Notes under the pieces: model-generated
What the model was told of the DNA's origin: nothing
Databases searched by the model: none
The model's input: only the letters and a program-made list of their open reading frames with translations
Shown: one piece after another, positions 1 to 8,077 of the stretch
Numbering within the stretch: the first letter of the stretch is position 1
How the letters are laid out: the number at the start of each line of letters is the position of its first letter
Source: Clostridia bacterium
GTDB taxonomy: Bacteria > Bacillota > Clostridia > RUG12999
NCBI GenBank assembly: GCA_045644605.1
Contig: JAZRHB010000056.1
Span: 1-46,194 of the forward strand
Direction of reading: 5' to 3'
DNA: 46,194 nt
Translations under genes and position numbers: made by a program

Positions 1-11
1 AATTCTCCTAT

Positions 12-38
12 AAAAAAAGCGGCATTTGCCGCTTTTTT
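12..38. terminator. Bidirectional rho-independent terminator
   Basis: A-run, GCGGC/GCCGC stem (19-23/28-32) with a 4-nt loop, then a T-run. Lies immediately 3' of the minus-strand CDS ending at 48. Confidence 0.7.
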
Positions 39-47
39 GTTTTAAAA

Positions 48-440
48 TTATTCGTGGTCGTGGCAACCGCAATCGCAATCACAATCGTAATCAAATTCGA
101 TTTCGATTTTTTCGCCGCAAACCTGGCAATAAATATCTTCATCGCTGTCAAGCAAATCTTCATCAAGATAGATTTTGTTGCCGCATTTTTCACATGTAAT
201 TTCGTAATATTCCATATCGTCATCATCTTCATCATCGAAATCTTCTGTGAGCTCGTCAAGAAGTTCTTCAACGTCTGTCTGTCTTTCGTCAAGGTCATCA
301 AGCTCACATGCCATTTCGTCAATAAGATCAAGCATTGCAAGAAGAAGTTTTCCTTCGTTGGTATCTTCGTTAATTTTCAGGCCGTCTGCAAGACCCTGAA
401 TATAAGAAGCTCTTTCAGTAAGGTAAGACATATAAAACAC
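48..440 (-). CDS. Highly acidic zinc-ribbon protein (conserved hypothetical downstream of efp)
   Basis: 130-aa ORF with SD-like AAAGGAG upstream. CxxC...CxxC pair (CEKCGNKIY...CQVCGEKI), long D/E-rich linker, C-terminal DYDCDCDCGCHDHE tail. Same strand as efp, 12 nt downstream of it. Confidence 0.7.
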   Translation of the reverse strand: MFYMSYLTERASYIQGLADGLKINEDTNEGKLLLAMLDLIDEMACELDDLDERQTDVEELLDELTEDFDDEDDDDMEYYEITCEKCGNKIYLDEDLLDSDEDIYCQVCGEKIEIEFDYDCDCDCGCHDHE

Positions 441-452
441 TCCTTTATTAAA

Positions 453-1010
453 TTATACTCTTTCCATATATTCGCCTGTACGTGTGTCAATTCTGATTTT
501 GTTACCGATTTCAACGAAAAGCGGAACGTAAACAGTTGCACCAGTTTCAACAGTAGCCGGTTTTGTTGCGCCTGTAGCTGTATCACCTTTGAAGCCCGGT
601 TCTGTTTCTGTAACTTCAAGTTCAACAAAGTTCGGCGGTTCAACACCAAATACGCTTCCTTTATAGGAAAGAACTTTAACTGTCATATTTTCTTTAAGGA
701 ACGGAAGAGCAGCTTCAAGAATATTTGTGTCAAGTGGAAGCTGTTCGTATGTTTCAGTATCCATAAAGTAGTAAAGTTCACCGTCGTTATATAAGTATTC
801 CATATCTTTACGTTCGATATGCGCTTTCGGCATTTTATCTGTAGGGTTGAAAGTTTTTTCAATAACCCCGCCTGTTATAACGTTTTTAATTTTTGTTCTT
901 ACAAACGCTGCCCCTTTACCCGGTTTAACGTGTTGGAACTGAATAATCTGGAACACGTTTCCGTCCAGTTCAAATGTAATTCCATTTCTAAAATCACCTG
1001 CTGATATCAT
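453..1010 (-). CDS. efp: Elongation factor P
   Basis: 185 aa. N-terminus [17 protein letters not shown]...[18 protein letters not shown] is the classic EF-P KOW-like domain with the conserved KPGKG loop. Confidence 0.97.
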   Translation of the reverse strand: MISAGDFRNGITFELDGNVFQIIQFQHVKPGKGAAFVRTKIKNVITGGVIEKTFNPTDKMPKAHIERKDMEYLYNDGELYYFMDTETYEQLPLDTNILEAALPFLKENMTVKVLSYKGSVFGVEPPNFVELEVTETEPGFKGDTATGATKPATVETGATVYVPLFVEIGNKIRIDTRTGEYMERV

Positions 1011-1088
1011 CTTAAGTAACCTCCGTAAGTTATTATTACTTTATATTTTACACTATTTTTCCATAAAGTTCAAGTGTTTTTTATATAT

Positions 1089-2159
1089 TTATAAAATTAT
1101 TAGCTCTTTTGGTGCTTCGCAAAGGATTTTCACGCCGTTTTCCGTAACTAAAACAGTATCTTCAATGCGGACACCGAAGAAATTATCGAAATAAACACCG
1201 GGTTCAACCGTAACAATCATACCGGACTGAAGAATGTCTGTTCCTTTCGGGCCGAGTGTGGGCGCTTCGTGTACTTCGGTACCTACGCCGTGGCCAAGCG
1301 AATGACCGAAAAATTCTTTGTATCCGAATCCGTCAAGAAGGTTTCGGGATATACCGTCAATTTCACTGCACAATTTTCCAGGTGCAACGATACTCAGCAT
1401 TTTAAGCTGTGTAAAATGCACTGCATTATACACGCGGCGCTGTTCGTTTGTTATATTGCCGACAGCAACGGTTCTTGTTATATCACTGCAATAACCGTTA
1501 TACAGACATCCGAAATCCATAACAACAAAATCGCCTATTTCAATTTTCTTTTCGGAAGCGGTGCCGTGCGGTTTTGCAGAGTTTGCACCCGATGCAACAA
1601 TCGATTCAAACGATGTGCCGCTTGCGCCATTTTTGCGCATATAATATTCAAGCTCGGCGGCAATTTCATATTCCGCCACTCCGGGACGGATTTTATCAAG
1701 TACGTTATGAAATGCCCCTACAGCAAGCTCGGCGGCTTTTGTAAGGTTTGCAATTTCATTGTCATCTTTAATGATTTTAAGGGATGAAACAAGGCCCGCT
1801 ATGCCGACAAGTTCGGCACCCTTGATATTGCGTTTCATAGCGGAATATACTGCGTTTGAAATAACCCTGTCTTCAATGCCAAGACGCGAAATGCCGTGTT
1901 TCATTATTATATCGTTTATTATATTATAAATTCCGTCTTTTATGTCTCTGATTGTATAAAGGGGACACTCTTCTGCTGCCTGCTGAAGATAGCGGAAGTC
2001 ACAGATTATATATGCCGCATCAAGCGTGATGAGAAGGTCACCGGCGGAACCGGAGAAGCCGCTTAAATAAAAGACATTTGTGCGGTCGGAAACAATCATG
2101 CCATTAAGGTTTTCGTTTGCCATTTTTCTTCGCAGTGCGGAAAGTCTGTTACTTATCAT
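1089..2159 (-). CDS. M24 family Xaa-Pro aminopeptidase/dipeptidase
   Basis: 356 aa. Full canonical M24 metal ligand set: MDFGCLYNGYCSDITRT, GHSLGHGVGTEVHEAP, VTVEPGVY, VRIEDTV. Typical neighbour upstream of efp in Firmicutes. Confidence 0.92.
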   Translation of the reverse strand: MISNRLSALRRKMANENLNGMIVSDRTNVFYLSGFSGSAGDLLITLDAAYIICDFRYLQQAAEECPLYTIRDIKDGIYNIINDIIMKHGISRLGIEDRVISNAVYSAMKRNIKGAELVGIAGLVSSLKIIKDDNEIANLTKAAELAVGAFHNVLDKIRPGVAEYEIAAELEYYMRKNGASGTSFESIVASGANSAKPHGTASEKKIEIGDFVVMDFGCLYNGYCSDITRTVAVGNITNEQRRVYNAVHFTQLKMLSIVAPGKLCSEIDGISRNLLDGFGYKEFFGHSLGHGVGTEVHEAPTLGPKGTDILQSGMIVTVEPGVYFDNFFGVRIEDTVLVTENGVKILCEAPKELIIL

Positions 2160-2341
2160 TTTCTGTCATCCTTTCTTTAAATATATAGTAGCACATTTGA
2201 CATATTTTTGCAAGTGATTTTGTAGGGACTTACCAAAAAGTCGAAATTCACCAAAAAAATATCGCAAAAAACCAATGACTTATGCTATAATGTATGTAAT
2301 AATAAAATTAATATTATATACTGAAAGGAGTGTATTTTCAG

Positions 2342-3376
2342 ATGGCAGTGGAAACTGTTCTCGGAAAAGTAGAGAAAAAGGATTTGGGAATTATAACTCC
2401 CCACGAACATACTTTTATCGATTTAAGAGGATTTTATACTGACCGTCCGGTAAGAGGATGCGATGACCCGTACAATGCGCCGGTTACAATGGATAAACTT
2501 GGTATCTTAAGCCGCGACCCGTATGCTCTTCGCGATAATCTTCTTATGGATGATTATGAAACCCAGCTTGATGAAATTATGCAGTTTAAAAACGCAGGGG
2601 GAAGAACTGTTGTTGATGCAACAACTACAGGTATCGGTAAAGACCCGGAAAGACTTAAAAAGCTTGCAAAGGATACGGGACTTAACATTATTGCCGGTGC
2701 GGGTTATTATGTTGGGTCAATGCTTCCGCCGGAGCTTGATACAATGAGTGCCGAAGAAATTGCCGAAACAATTATTGAAGAAATTGAAGTAGGTATTAAC
2801 GGTACGGATATTAAAGCAGGGGTAATAGGCGAAATCGGTATTGGCGAAAACTTCAGCGATATGGAAGAAAAAATTCTTCGTGCCGCTTGTATTGCACAGC
2901 TTAAAACAGGACTTGGACTTTTGATACATATAAATCCGTGGGTGCCGCTTGGTGTAAGAGCCGCAAAAATCGCTCTTGAAATGGGCGTGCCGAAAGAAAA
3001 AATATGTATCTGCCACGTTGACGTTGAATGTCGAATGGACTATATGAAAGAGGTTCTTGACCTTGGTGTATACATTGAATATGACAACTTCGGTAAAGAA
3101 TATTTTGTAAATCAGGAAGTAAGAAACAAGGGTTACGGAAACTTTGTAACGGACGTTTACCGCGTTGAAACTCTTAAAGAGCTTATTGACTGCGGATACG
3201 GCGACCAGCTTGTATTAAGCTGTGACGTTTGTCTTAAAAACTTACTTCATAAATACGGCGGATGGGGATTTGACCACATCCTTGTAAACATAGTACCTAT
3301 GATGAAAGAATATGGCATTTCTCAGGATGACATTGATAAGATGTTGATAACAAATCCTGCAGATTTCTTAGATTAA
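2342..3376 (+). CDS. Phosphotriesterase-homology (Php/PTER-type) amidohydrolase
   Basis: HxH motif (ITPHEHTFIDL), bridging Glu in GVIGEIGIG (Php type rather than carbamylated Lys), then LLIHINPW, ICICHVD, LVLSCDV. I prefer the ATG at 2342 (13 nt after GGAG) to the GTG at 2330, which overlaps the SD. Confidence 0.85.
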   Translation: MAVETVLGKVEKKDLGIITPHEHTFIDLRGFYTDRPVRGCDDPYNAPVTMDKLGILSRDPYALRDNLLMDDYETQLDEIMQFKNAGGRTVVDATTTGIGKDPERLKKLAKDTGLNIIAGAGYYVGSMLPPELDTMSAEEIAETIIEEIEVGINGTDIKAGVIGEIGIGENFSDMEEKILRAACIAQLKTGLGLLIHINPWVPLGVRAAKIALEMGVPKEKICICHVDVECRMDYMKEVLDLGVYIEYDNFGKEYFVNQEVRNKGYGNFVTDVYRVETLKELIDCGYGDQLVLSCDVCLKNLLHKYGGWGFDHILVNIVPMMKEYGISQDDIDKMLITNPADFLD

Positions 3377-3389
3377 GGAGGATATTAAA

Positions 3390-4565
3390 ATGGGCGTAAC
3401 AATACCACTTAGTGAATTTAAAGCAAGAATAACAAGACTTCAGGCAGAAATGAAAAAGGACGGATTTGATGCAATCCTTGCATATGGTAACGAAGCTGAA
3501 CCGCAGTACGTACGCTACCTTTCCGATTACTGGCCGAGCTTTGAAACTGCAGGTGTAATCGTTCCTGTAGAAGGCGAGCCGATGCTCCTTATCGGACCGG
3601 AAAGTTATACATATGCGGCTGACCGTTCCGTAATTCCTGAAATCAGACTTTTAAAAGCATTCAGAGAATCTTCCGAACCGGAATATCCGGGCAAACCGCT
3701 TTCAACATTTAACTCCGTTTTTGACGAAGTAATGGGCGGACGTAAAATTACAAAATTCGGTGTTGCAGGTCTTCCGCTTATGACAATCGGCGTATATACA
3801 GACCTTGCGTCAAGCCTTAAAGAATATGGCAATATTGAAATTCTTAAAGCTGACGATGTTATGGCAAGACTCCGTATGATTAAAACAGAACCGGAACTTG
3901 CTTGTATGCGTGAAGCGGCAAGAATTACAAGAGAAACATTTGATTTTGTTCTTGCAAATATCAAACCGGGTATGACAGAATGCCAGGTGGCAGGTCTTGC
4001 ACTTGGTAAAATGCACGAACTTGGTGCTGAACGTGAAAGTTATCCGCTTTGGGTTCTCACAGGTGAAGGCAGTAACCAGGCAATCAGCCGTCCGCGTCAT
4101 AAAATTATTCAGCCGGGCGATATGACATTCCTCCAGATTGGTGCAAGAGTTGCAGGTTATGCATCCACAATCGGTCGTCCCGTAATTTTCGGCAAAGCTA
4201 CTGAAGAACAGAAATCTCTTATTGCGGCAGGTTATGCAGGACAGAAAATTGTTTGCGAAACTCTTAAAGCAGGCGTATGTGCAGGCGACGTTGCAGCTGC
4301 ATACGAAAATGAAATGGAAAGAATAGGATATAAAAACTGGCTCCTTTACGGACCTTGCCACGGTAACGGTCAGATGGAAGGCGAAGCTCCGTGGATTGAA
4401 AGCGGTTCAACATGGATTCTTCAGGAAAATATGTCCTTCTGTGTTGATATTTTCCTTGGAAATAACGACAAGAAAATCGGTCTTAGAATGGAAGACGTTG
4501 TACGTGTAACAAAAGATGGCGTAGAAAATCTTACAAACTATCCGAGAGAGGTATTTGAACTCTAA
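3390..4565 (+). CDS. M24-fold (creatinase/prolidase superfamily) protein with degenerate metal site
   Basis: 391 aa with a creatinase_N-like N-terminal domain plus pita-bread fold. It aligns by eye to the pepP-like ORF at 1089-2159, but both Asp ligands are replaced (LQIG, ASTIGR) and HE becomes GE. SD AAGGAGG lies 7 nt upstream. Confidence 0.8.
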   Translation: MGVTIPLSEFKARITRLQAEMKKDGFDAILAYGNEAEPQYVRYLSDYWPSFETAGVIVPVEGEPMLLIGPESYTYAADRSVIPEIRLLKAFRESSEPEYPGKPLSTFNSVFDEVMGGRKITKFGVAGLPLMTIGVYTDLASSLKEYGNIEILKADDVMARLRMIKTEPELACMREAARITRETFDFVLANIKPGMTECQVAGLALGKMHELGAERESYPLWVLTGEGSNQAISRPRHKIIQPGDMTFLQIGARVAGYASTIGRPVIFGKATEEQKSLIAAGYAGQKIVCETLKAGVCAGDVAAAYENEMERIGYKNWLLYGPCHGNGQMEGEAPWIESGSTWILQENMSFCVDIFLGNNDKKIGLRMEDVVRVTKDGVENLTNYPREVFEL

Positions 4566-4582
4566 TTAAAGGGGGAGCAACA

Positions 4583-5356
4583 ATGAAACTTAGGGAAAAA
4601 ATATGGCTCTGGGGGCTGGAACCGGGAGCTGACCATTTCGGCGGAGAGAATGCTCTTCTCGGATTCAACAGAATGACCCCTCTTGAAGGAGCTATGTATT
4701 TTGGTACAGAAAACCTCATTCGTGCTCAGCGGTTTGGATTTCCGAAACCTCCGTTTGATTGTGAAGCGGAAAAATTTGACTGCCTTCAAAATGTGGTATG
4801 GTTTATAGATCCGCACCGCCCGGAAACAGTGGATGAGGTAATAAGAATTGCAAAATACCATCCCAATATTAAAGGTGCAATTATTGAAAATGATGCCCAG
4901 CTTGAAGTAATGTGTGCAACAGACCCACAGGTGTATAAAGATGTTAAAACAAAGCTTAAAACGGCACTGGGGGAAGATTTTGAACTTTGGATGCAGCTTG
5001 ATGCCGAAAGAATAGGCAAAAGAACACAAAACTATATCGGAATTCCGGATGTGCTTTGTACGTTCTGTACTTATCCAGCAGAAATTGTCAATCTTGAGCA
5101 TTATATGAATGTGATTAATAAATTCGGCGGTGAGGGCAAAAAGCTCGTTTGGGGCTGCTGTTTTTGGAATTTCAGAGATAAACAAGTGATGTCGCCGTTT
5201 GCATTAAAAGATATGCTCGATAAGTATTATACATGGTTAAAAGAAGGCAGAATTAGCGGCATTGCTCTTTATTCAAATACCCTTGCAGATATAAAATTGC
5301 AGGCGGCATTCGAGGCAAAAAAGTGGATGTGCGAACACGGAGACGAAGAAATTTGA
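4583..5356 (+). CDS. Uncharacterised protein, paralogue 1 of 3 (putative TIM-barrel-like)
   Basis: 257 aa, SD AAGGGGGAG. Shares MKLR-KxWLWG, RMTPxEGAxYFG, NVVW, HPNIKxAI, ELW and the C-terminal EHGDEEI with the next ORF. Confidence 0.8.
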   Translation: MKLREKIWLWGLEPGADHFGGENALLGFNRMTPLEGAMYFGTENLIRAQRFGFPKPPFDCEAEKFDCLQNVVWFIDPHRPETVDEVIRIAKYHPNIKGAIIENDAQLEVMCATDPQVYKDVKTKLKTALGEDFELWMQLDAERIGKRTQNYIGIPDVLCTFCTYPAEIVNLEHYMNVINKFGGEGKKLVWGCCFWNFRDKQVMSPFALKDMLDKYYTWLKEGRISGIALYSNTLADIKLQAAFEAKKWMCEHGDEEI

Positions 5357-5369
5357 GGGGGAAGTCAAT

Positions 5370-6140
5370 ATGAAATTAAGAGATAAACTATGGCTGTGGG
5401 GACAAACTCCGGGACTTCATCATGTTTGGGATGTGTACGGACTTCCGGGAACAAGCAGGATGACCCCTGCCGAAGGAGCAAGATATTTTGGAATTCCCAA
5501 TGTATGCCGTGTAATGATGGGCGGATGGCCACAGCCCCCTTATGAACAGGAAGCAATGGTGCTTGATGGGTTTGATAATGTTGTGTGGGGAATGTCCGTT
5601 TTGGATAAGGAAATCAGAGACGGAGTCATAAAGGTTGCAAACGACCATCCGAATATAAAAGCTGCAATTCTTGACGACTTTTTTACTGATGCAAGCCTCG
5701 AAAAACAGCCACCGTCAGCTGTTGCAGAAACAAGAGAGTTTCTTCGCACAGCAGGAAACAGACCGTTGGAACTGTGGGCAGTAATATACAATAAGGAACT
5801 GTATGAAAACAGGAAGCCATATATTAATGAATGTGATGTAATTACATTCTGGACAATAAACGGAAAGTTCCTGCCGGATCTTGAAAAGAATTTTGAAAAG
5901 CTCAAAACCTTAACAGGCGACAAACCTATATACTGCGGATGCTACATGTGGGACTATCGAGGAAAACGCCACATGCCAATAAGCCTTATGAAATATCAGC
6001 TTGATTTGTACTATAAATGGTTGAAATCAGGGGAGATTGAAGGAATAATTTTCTGTTCAAACTGTATTGCTGATATCGGACTTGAGGCGGTTAGCTACAC
6101 AAAACAGTGGATTGCTGAACACGGCGACGAGGAAATATAG
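5370..6140 (+). CDS. Uncharacterised protein, paralogue 2 of 3
   Basis: 256 aa, SD GAGGGGGAAG. Collinear similarity to 4583-5356 over the full length, including an identical EHGDEEI C-terminus. Confidence 0.8.
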   Translation: MKLRDKLWLWGQTPGLHHVWDVYGLPGTSRMTPAEGARYFGIPNVCRVMMGGWPQPPYEQEAMVLDGFDNVVWGMSVLDKEIRDGVIKVANDHPNIKAAILDDFFTDASLEKQPPSAVAETREFLRTAGNRPLELWAVIYNKELYENRKPYINECDVITFWTINGKFLPDLEKNFEKLKTLTGDKPIYCGCYMWDYRGKRHMPISLMKYQLDLYYKWLKSGEIEGIIFCSNCIADIGLEAVSYTKQWIAEHGDEEI

Positions 6141-6141
6141 T

Positions 6142-6753
6142 ATGAGTTTAAAGGATAAAATATGGCTTTGTGGGAAGATGCCGGGGGCTGAGCATTACGG
6201 GGATGAGTTTAAGCTTCCCGGTGATAACAGAATGACACCGGCGGAAGCGGTATATTATTTAGGCCTTTCAAATCTTTGTTATATTACCATACACGGATAT
6301 CCGAAAAAACCGTATGATTACACACTTGAATCCATTACCTTCCTTGACCGTATTATATGGTCGGTAGAGGATGAGGAATCGGCATACGAAATTGCAAGGG
6401 TGTCAAAATATTATGATAATATTGTTGGTGCGCTTGTAACGGGCGGAAACTATGAAGAAATCCTTGGCGAAATTCCGAAATGGACATTTACAGAAACGGA
6501 TGCACAAGGGGATAATACGGTTTTGTGGACAGATAATCCGGATAAGGCAAAAGGCTTATGTATAGGCGTTAACCTGTGGGATTATAAAAACGGCAAAGAA
6601 CTTGACGAAAAGGAGTTTAAAACCTATCTTGATAAGGTGTTTGACCTTCTTGAAAAGGGTGAAATAAAAGGCGTTTTTATAAACTCAAACTGTGTTATGG
6701 ATATAGGATTAAAAACAGTTGAAATACTTAAAGAAAAACTTGAAAATCTTTAA
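6142..6753 (+). CDS. Uncharacterised protein, paralogue 3 of 3 (shorter, more diverged)
   Basis: ATG at 6142 lies 1 nt after the preceding stop. MSLKDKIWLCGKMPG...NRMTPAEAVYYLG...NLWDY...GVFINSNCVMDIGL matches the two upstream paralogues but lacks about 50 central residues and the EHGDEEI tail. The upstream part of ORF 6067-6753 overlaps the previous gene and is rejected. Confidence 0.7.
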   Translation: MSLKDKIWLCGKMPGAEHYGDEFKLPGDNRMTPAEAVYYLGLSNLCYITIHGYPKKPYDYTLESITFLDRIIWSVEDEESAYEIARVSKYYDNIVGALVTGGNYEEILGEIPKWTFTETDAQGDNTVLWTDNPDKAKGLCIGVNLWDYKNGKELDEKEFKTYLDKVFDLLEKGEIKGVFINSNCVMDIGLKTVEILKEKLENL

Positions 6754-6760
6754 ATGTGAT

Positions 6761-6795
6761 AAGCGGTGTAACTTTTGGTTATGCCGCTTGTTTTA
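6761..6795 (+). terminator. Probable terminator of the five-gene operon
   Basis: AAGCGG-GTAAC / GTTAT-CCGCTT interrupted stem followed by GTTTTAT. Confidence 0.45.
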
Positions 6796-6824
6796 TTGAC
6801 TTTTTTTGAGCTTTATGATACGAT
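6796..6824 (+). promoter_or_regulatory. Sigma-A-like promoter (TTGACT-17-TACGAT, TG at -15)
   Basis: TTGACT at 6796-6801, 17-nt spacer, TACGAT at 6819-6824, 35 nt upstream of the ATG at 6859. Confidence 0.4.
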
Positions 6825-6858
6825 TTATGAAAGATATAGCAATAAGGAAGTAGAATAC

Positions 6859-7947
6859 ATGAATAAAAAACAGATTACGAAAATTGTTATTACCGGAGGG
6901 CCGTGTGCCGGAAAAACAACAGCTATGAGCTGGATTAAAGATGCATTTGCCGGGAGAGGATATGCGGTAATATTTGTTCCGGAAACGGCTACAGAGCTTA
7001 TTTCAAACGGCGTTGCACCATGGACACTTGACACAGGGTTTGATTATCAGCTTTGTCAGATGAAACTGCAGATATATAAAGAAAAGGTTTTTGAGGAAGC
7101 GGCAGAAAAAATGCTCGGCGCCAATAAGGTTCTTATCGTCTGTGACAGAGGGATAATGGACAACAAAGCATATATGCCGGAGAATGAGTTTAATATGGCA
7201 TTTTTAAGATTAAATCTTAATGAAACAGAAATGCGGGATAGCTATGGCGCGGTGTTTCATCTGGCAACTGCAGCTAAAGGTGCGGAAGAATTCTATACAC
7301 TCAGCAACAATCAGGCGCGAACGGAAACGGTGGAAGAAGCAACAGCGCTGGATGACAGGCTCATGTCTGCGTGGACGGGGCATCCGCATTTTCGGGTTAT
7401 AGATAATGCGCAGGGGTTTGAAGATAAAATGAAACGCCTTATTGATGAAATTTCGGCGTTTTTAGGAGAGATTGAAACAGAAAGAAAATTTTTAATTGAA
7501 TACCCGGATATTCATATACTTGAAAATAGTCCTGCCTGCAAAAAGGTTGAAATTATTCAGACGTATCTTAATGCAGAAAATAATAACGAAATAAGGGTTC
7601 GTCAAAGGGGAGAAGATGGAGGTTATACTTATTTTAAGACAATCAAGAAGAAGCTTGACGGTATGAAACGAATTGAAACGGAAACACGAATTTCTAAGGA
7701 TGAATATCATGAGCTTCTTATAGATGCGGATGAATCAAAAAAACAAATTCAAAAGACAAGATACTGCCTTACATATAAAAATAAGTATTTTGAAATTGAT
7801 ATATATCCGTTCTGGAACGATAAAGCAATTCTTGAAGTTGAACTTTGTAGTGAAAATGAAGAAATTTTATTTCCGGAATTTATAAAAATTATTAAGGAAG
7901 TTACAGACGATGACAGTTATAAAAATGCATCGCTTGCAGTAAAATAA
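6859..7947 (+). CDS. P-loop NTPase (AAA_28/NadR-kinase-like) fused to a CYTH triphosphate-tunnel domain
   Basis: Start at MNKKQ (SD AAGGAAG 8 nt upstream). Walker A GGPCAGKT, Walker B-like LIVCDRG. C-terminal half opens with the CYTH ExExK signature (ETERKFLIEYP) and ends with the EVEL strand. Confidence 0.8.
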   Translation: MNKKQITKIVITGGPCAGKTTAMSWIKDAFAGRGYAVIFVPETATELISNGVAPWTLDTGFDYQLCQMKLQIYKEKVFEEAAEKMLGANKVLIVCDRGIMDNKAYMPENEFNMAFLRLNLNETEMRDSYGAVFHLATAAKGAEEFYTLSNNQARTETVEEATALDDRLMSAWTGHPHFRVIDNAQGFEDKMKRLIDEISAFLGEIETERKFLIEYPDIHILENSPACKKVEIIQTYLNAENNNEIRVRQRGEDGGYTYFKTIKKKLDGMKRIETETRISKDEYHELLIDADESKKQIQKTRYCLTYKNKYFEIDIYPFWNDKAILEVELCSENEEILFPEFIKIIKEVTDDDSYKNASLAVK

Positions 7948-8032
7948 ACGTACGGTCAGGGTTTGGTTTTTTGCGGGAAAAACCAAAAAAGTATAACAAA
8001 ATTCCTTAAAACATAAAAGTAGTATGATTCTA

Positions 8033-8059
8033 TTGACATTTGATTTTTTTGGATATAAT
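8033..8059 (+). promoter_or_regulatory. Consensus hexamers TTGACA / TATAAT with a short 15-nt spacer
   Basis: TTGACA at 8033-8038 and TATAAT at 8054-8059, followed by SD GAGGAGG at 8076-8082. Confidence 0.35.
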
Positions 8060-8077
8060 GTAGGTAAATTCGTTTGA

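Noticed and set aside
55-110. Hexamer-periodic tract (GCAATC GCAATC ACAATC GTAATC AAATTC GATTTC GATTTT) as a possible microsatellite or CRISPR-like repeat
   Set aside because: It lies entirely within the 48-440 CDS and encodes the EIEFDYDCDCDCGCH tail. The units are far too short and there are no spacers for a CRISPR array.
54-794. 246-aa plus-strand ORF overlapping the zinc-ribbon gene and efp
   Set aside because: It is antisense to two well-supported genes. The translation is low-complexity and F/I/K/C-rich, with no SD. This is a typical shadow ORF in AT-rich DNA.
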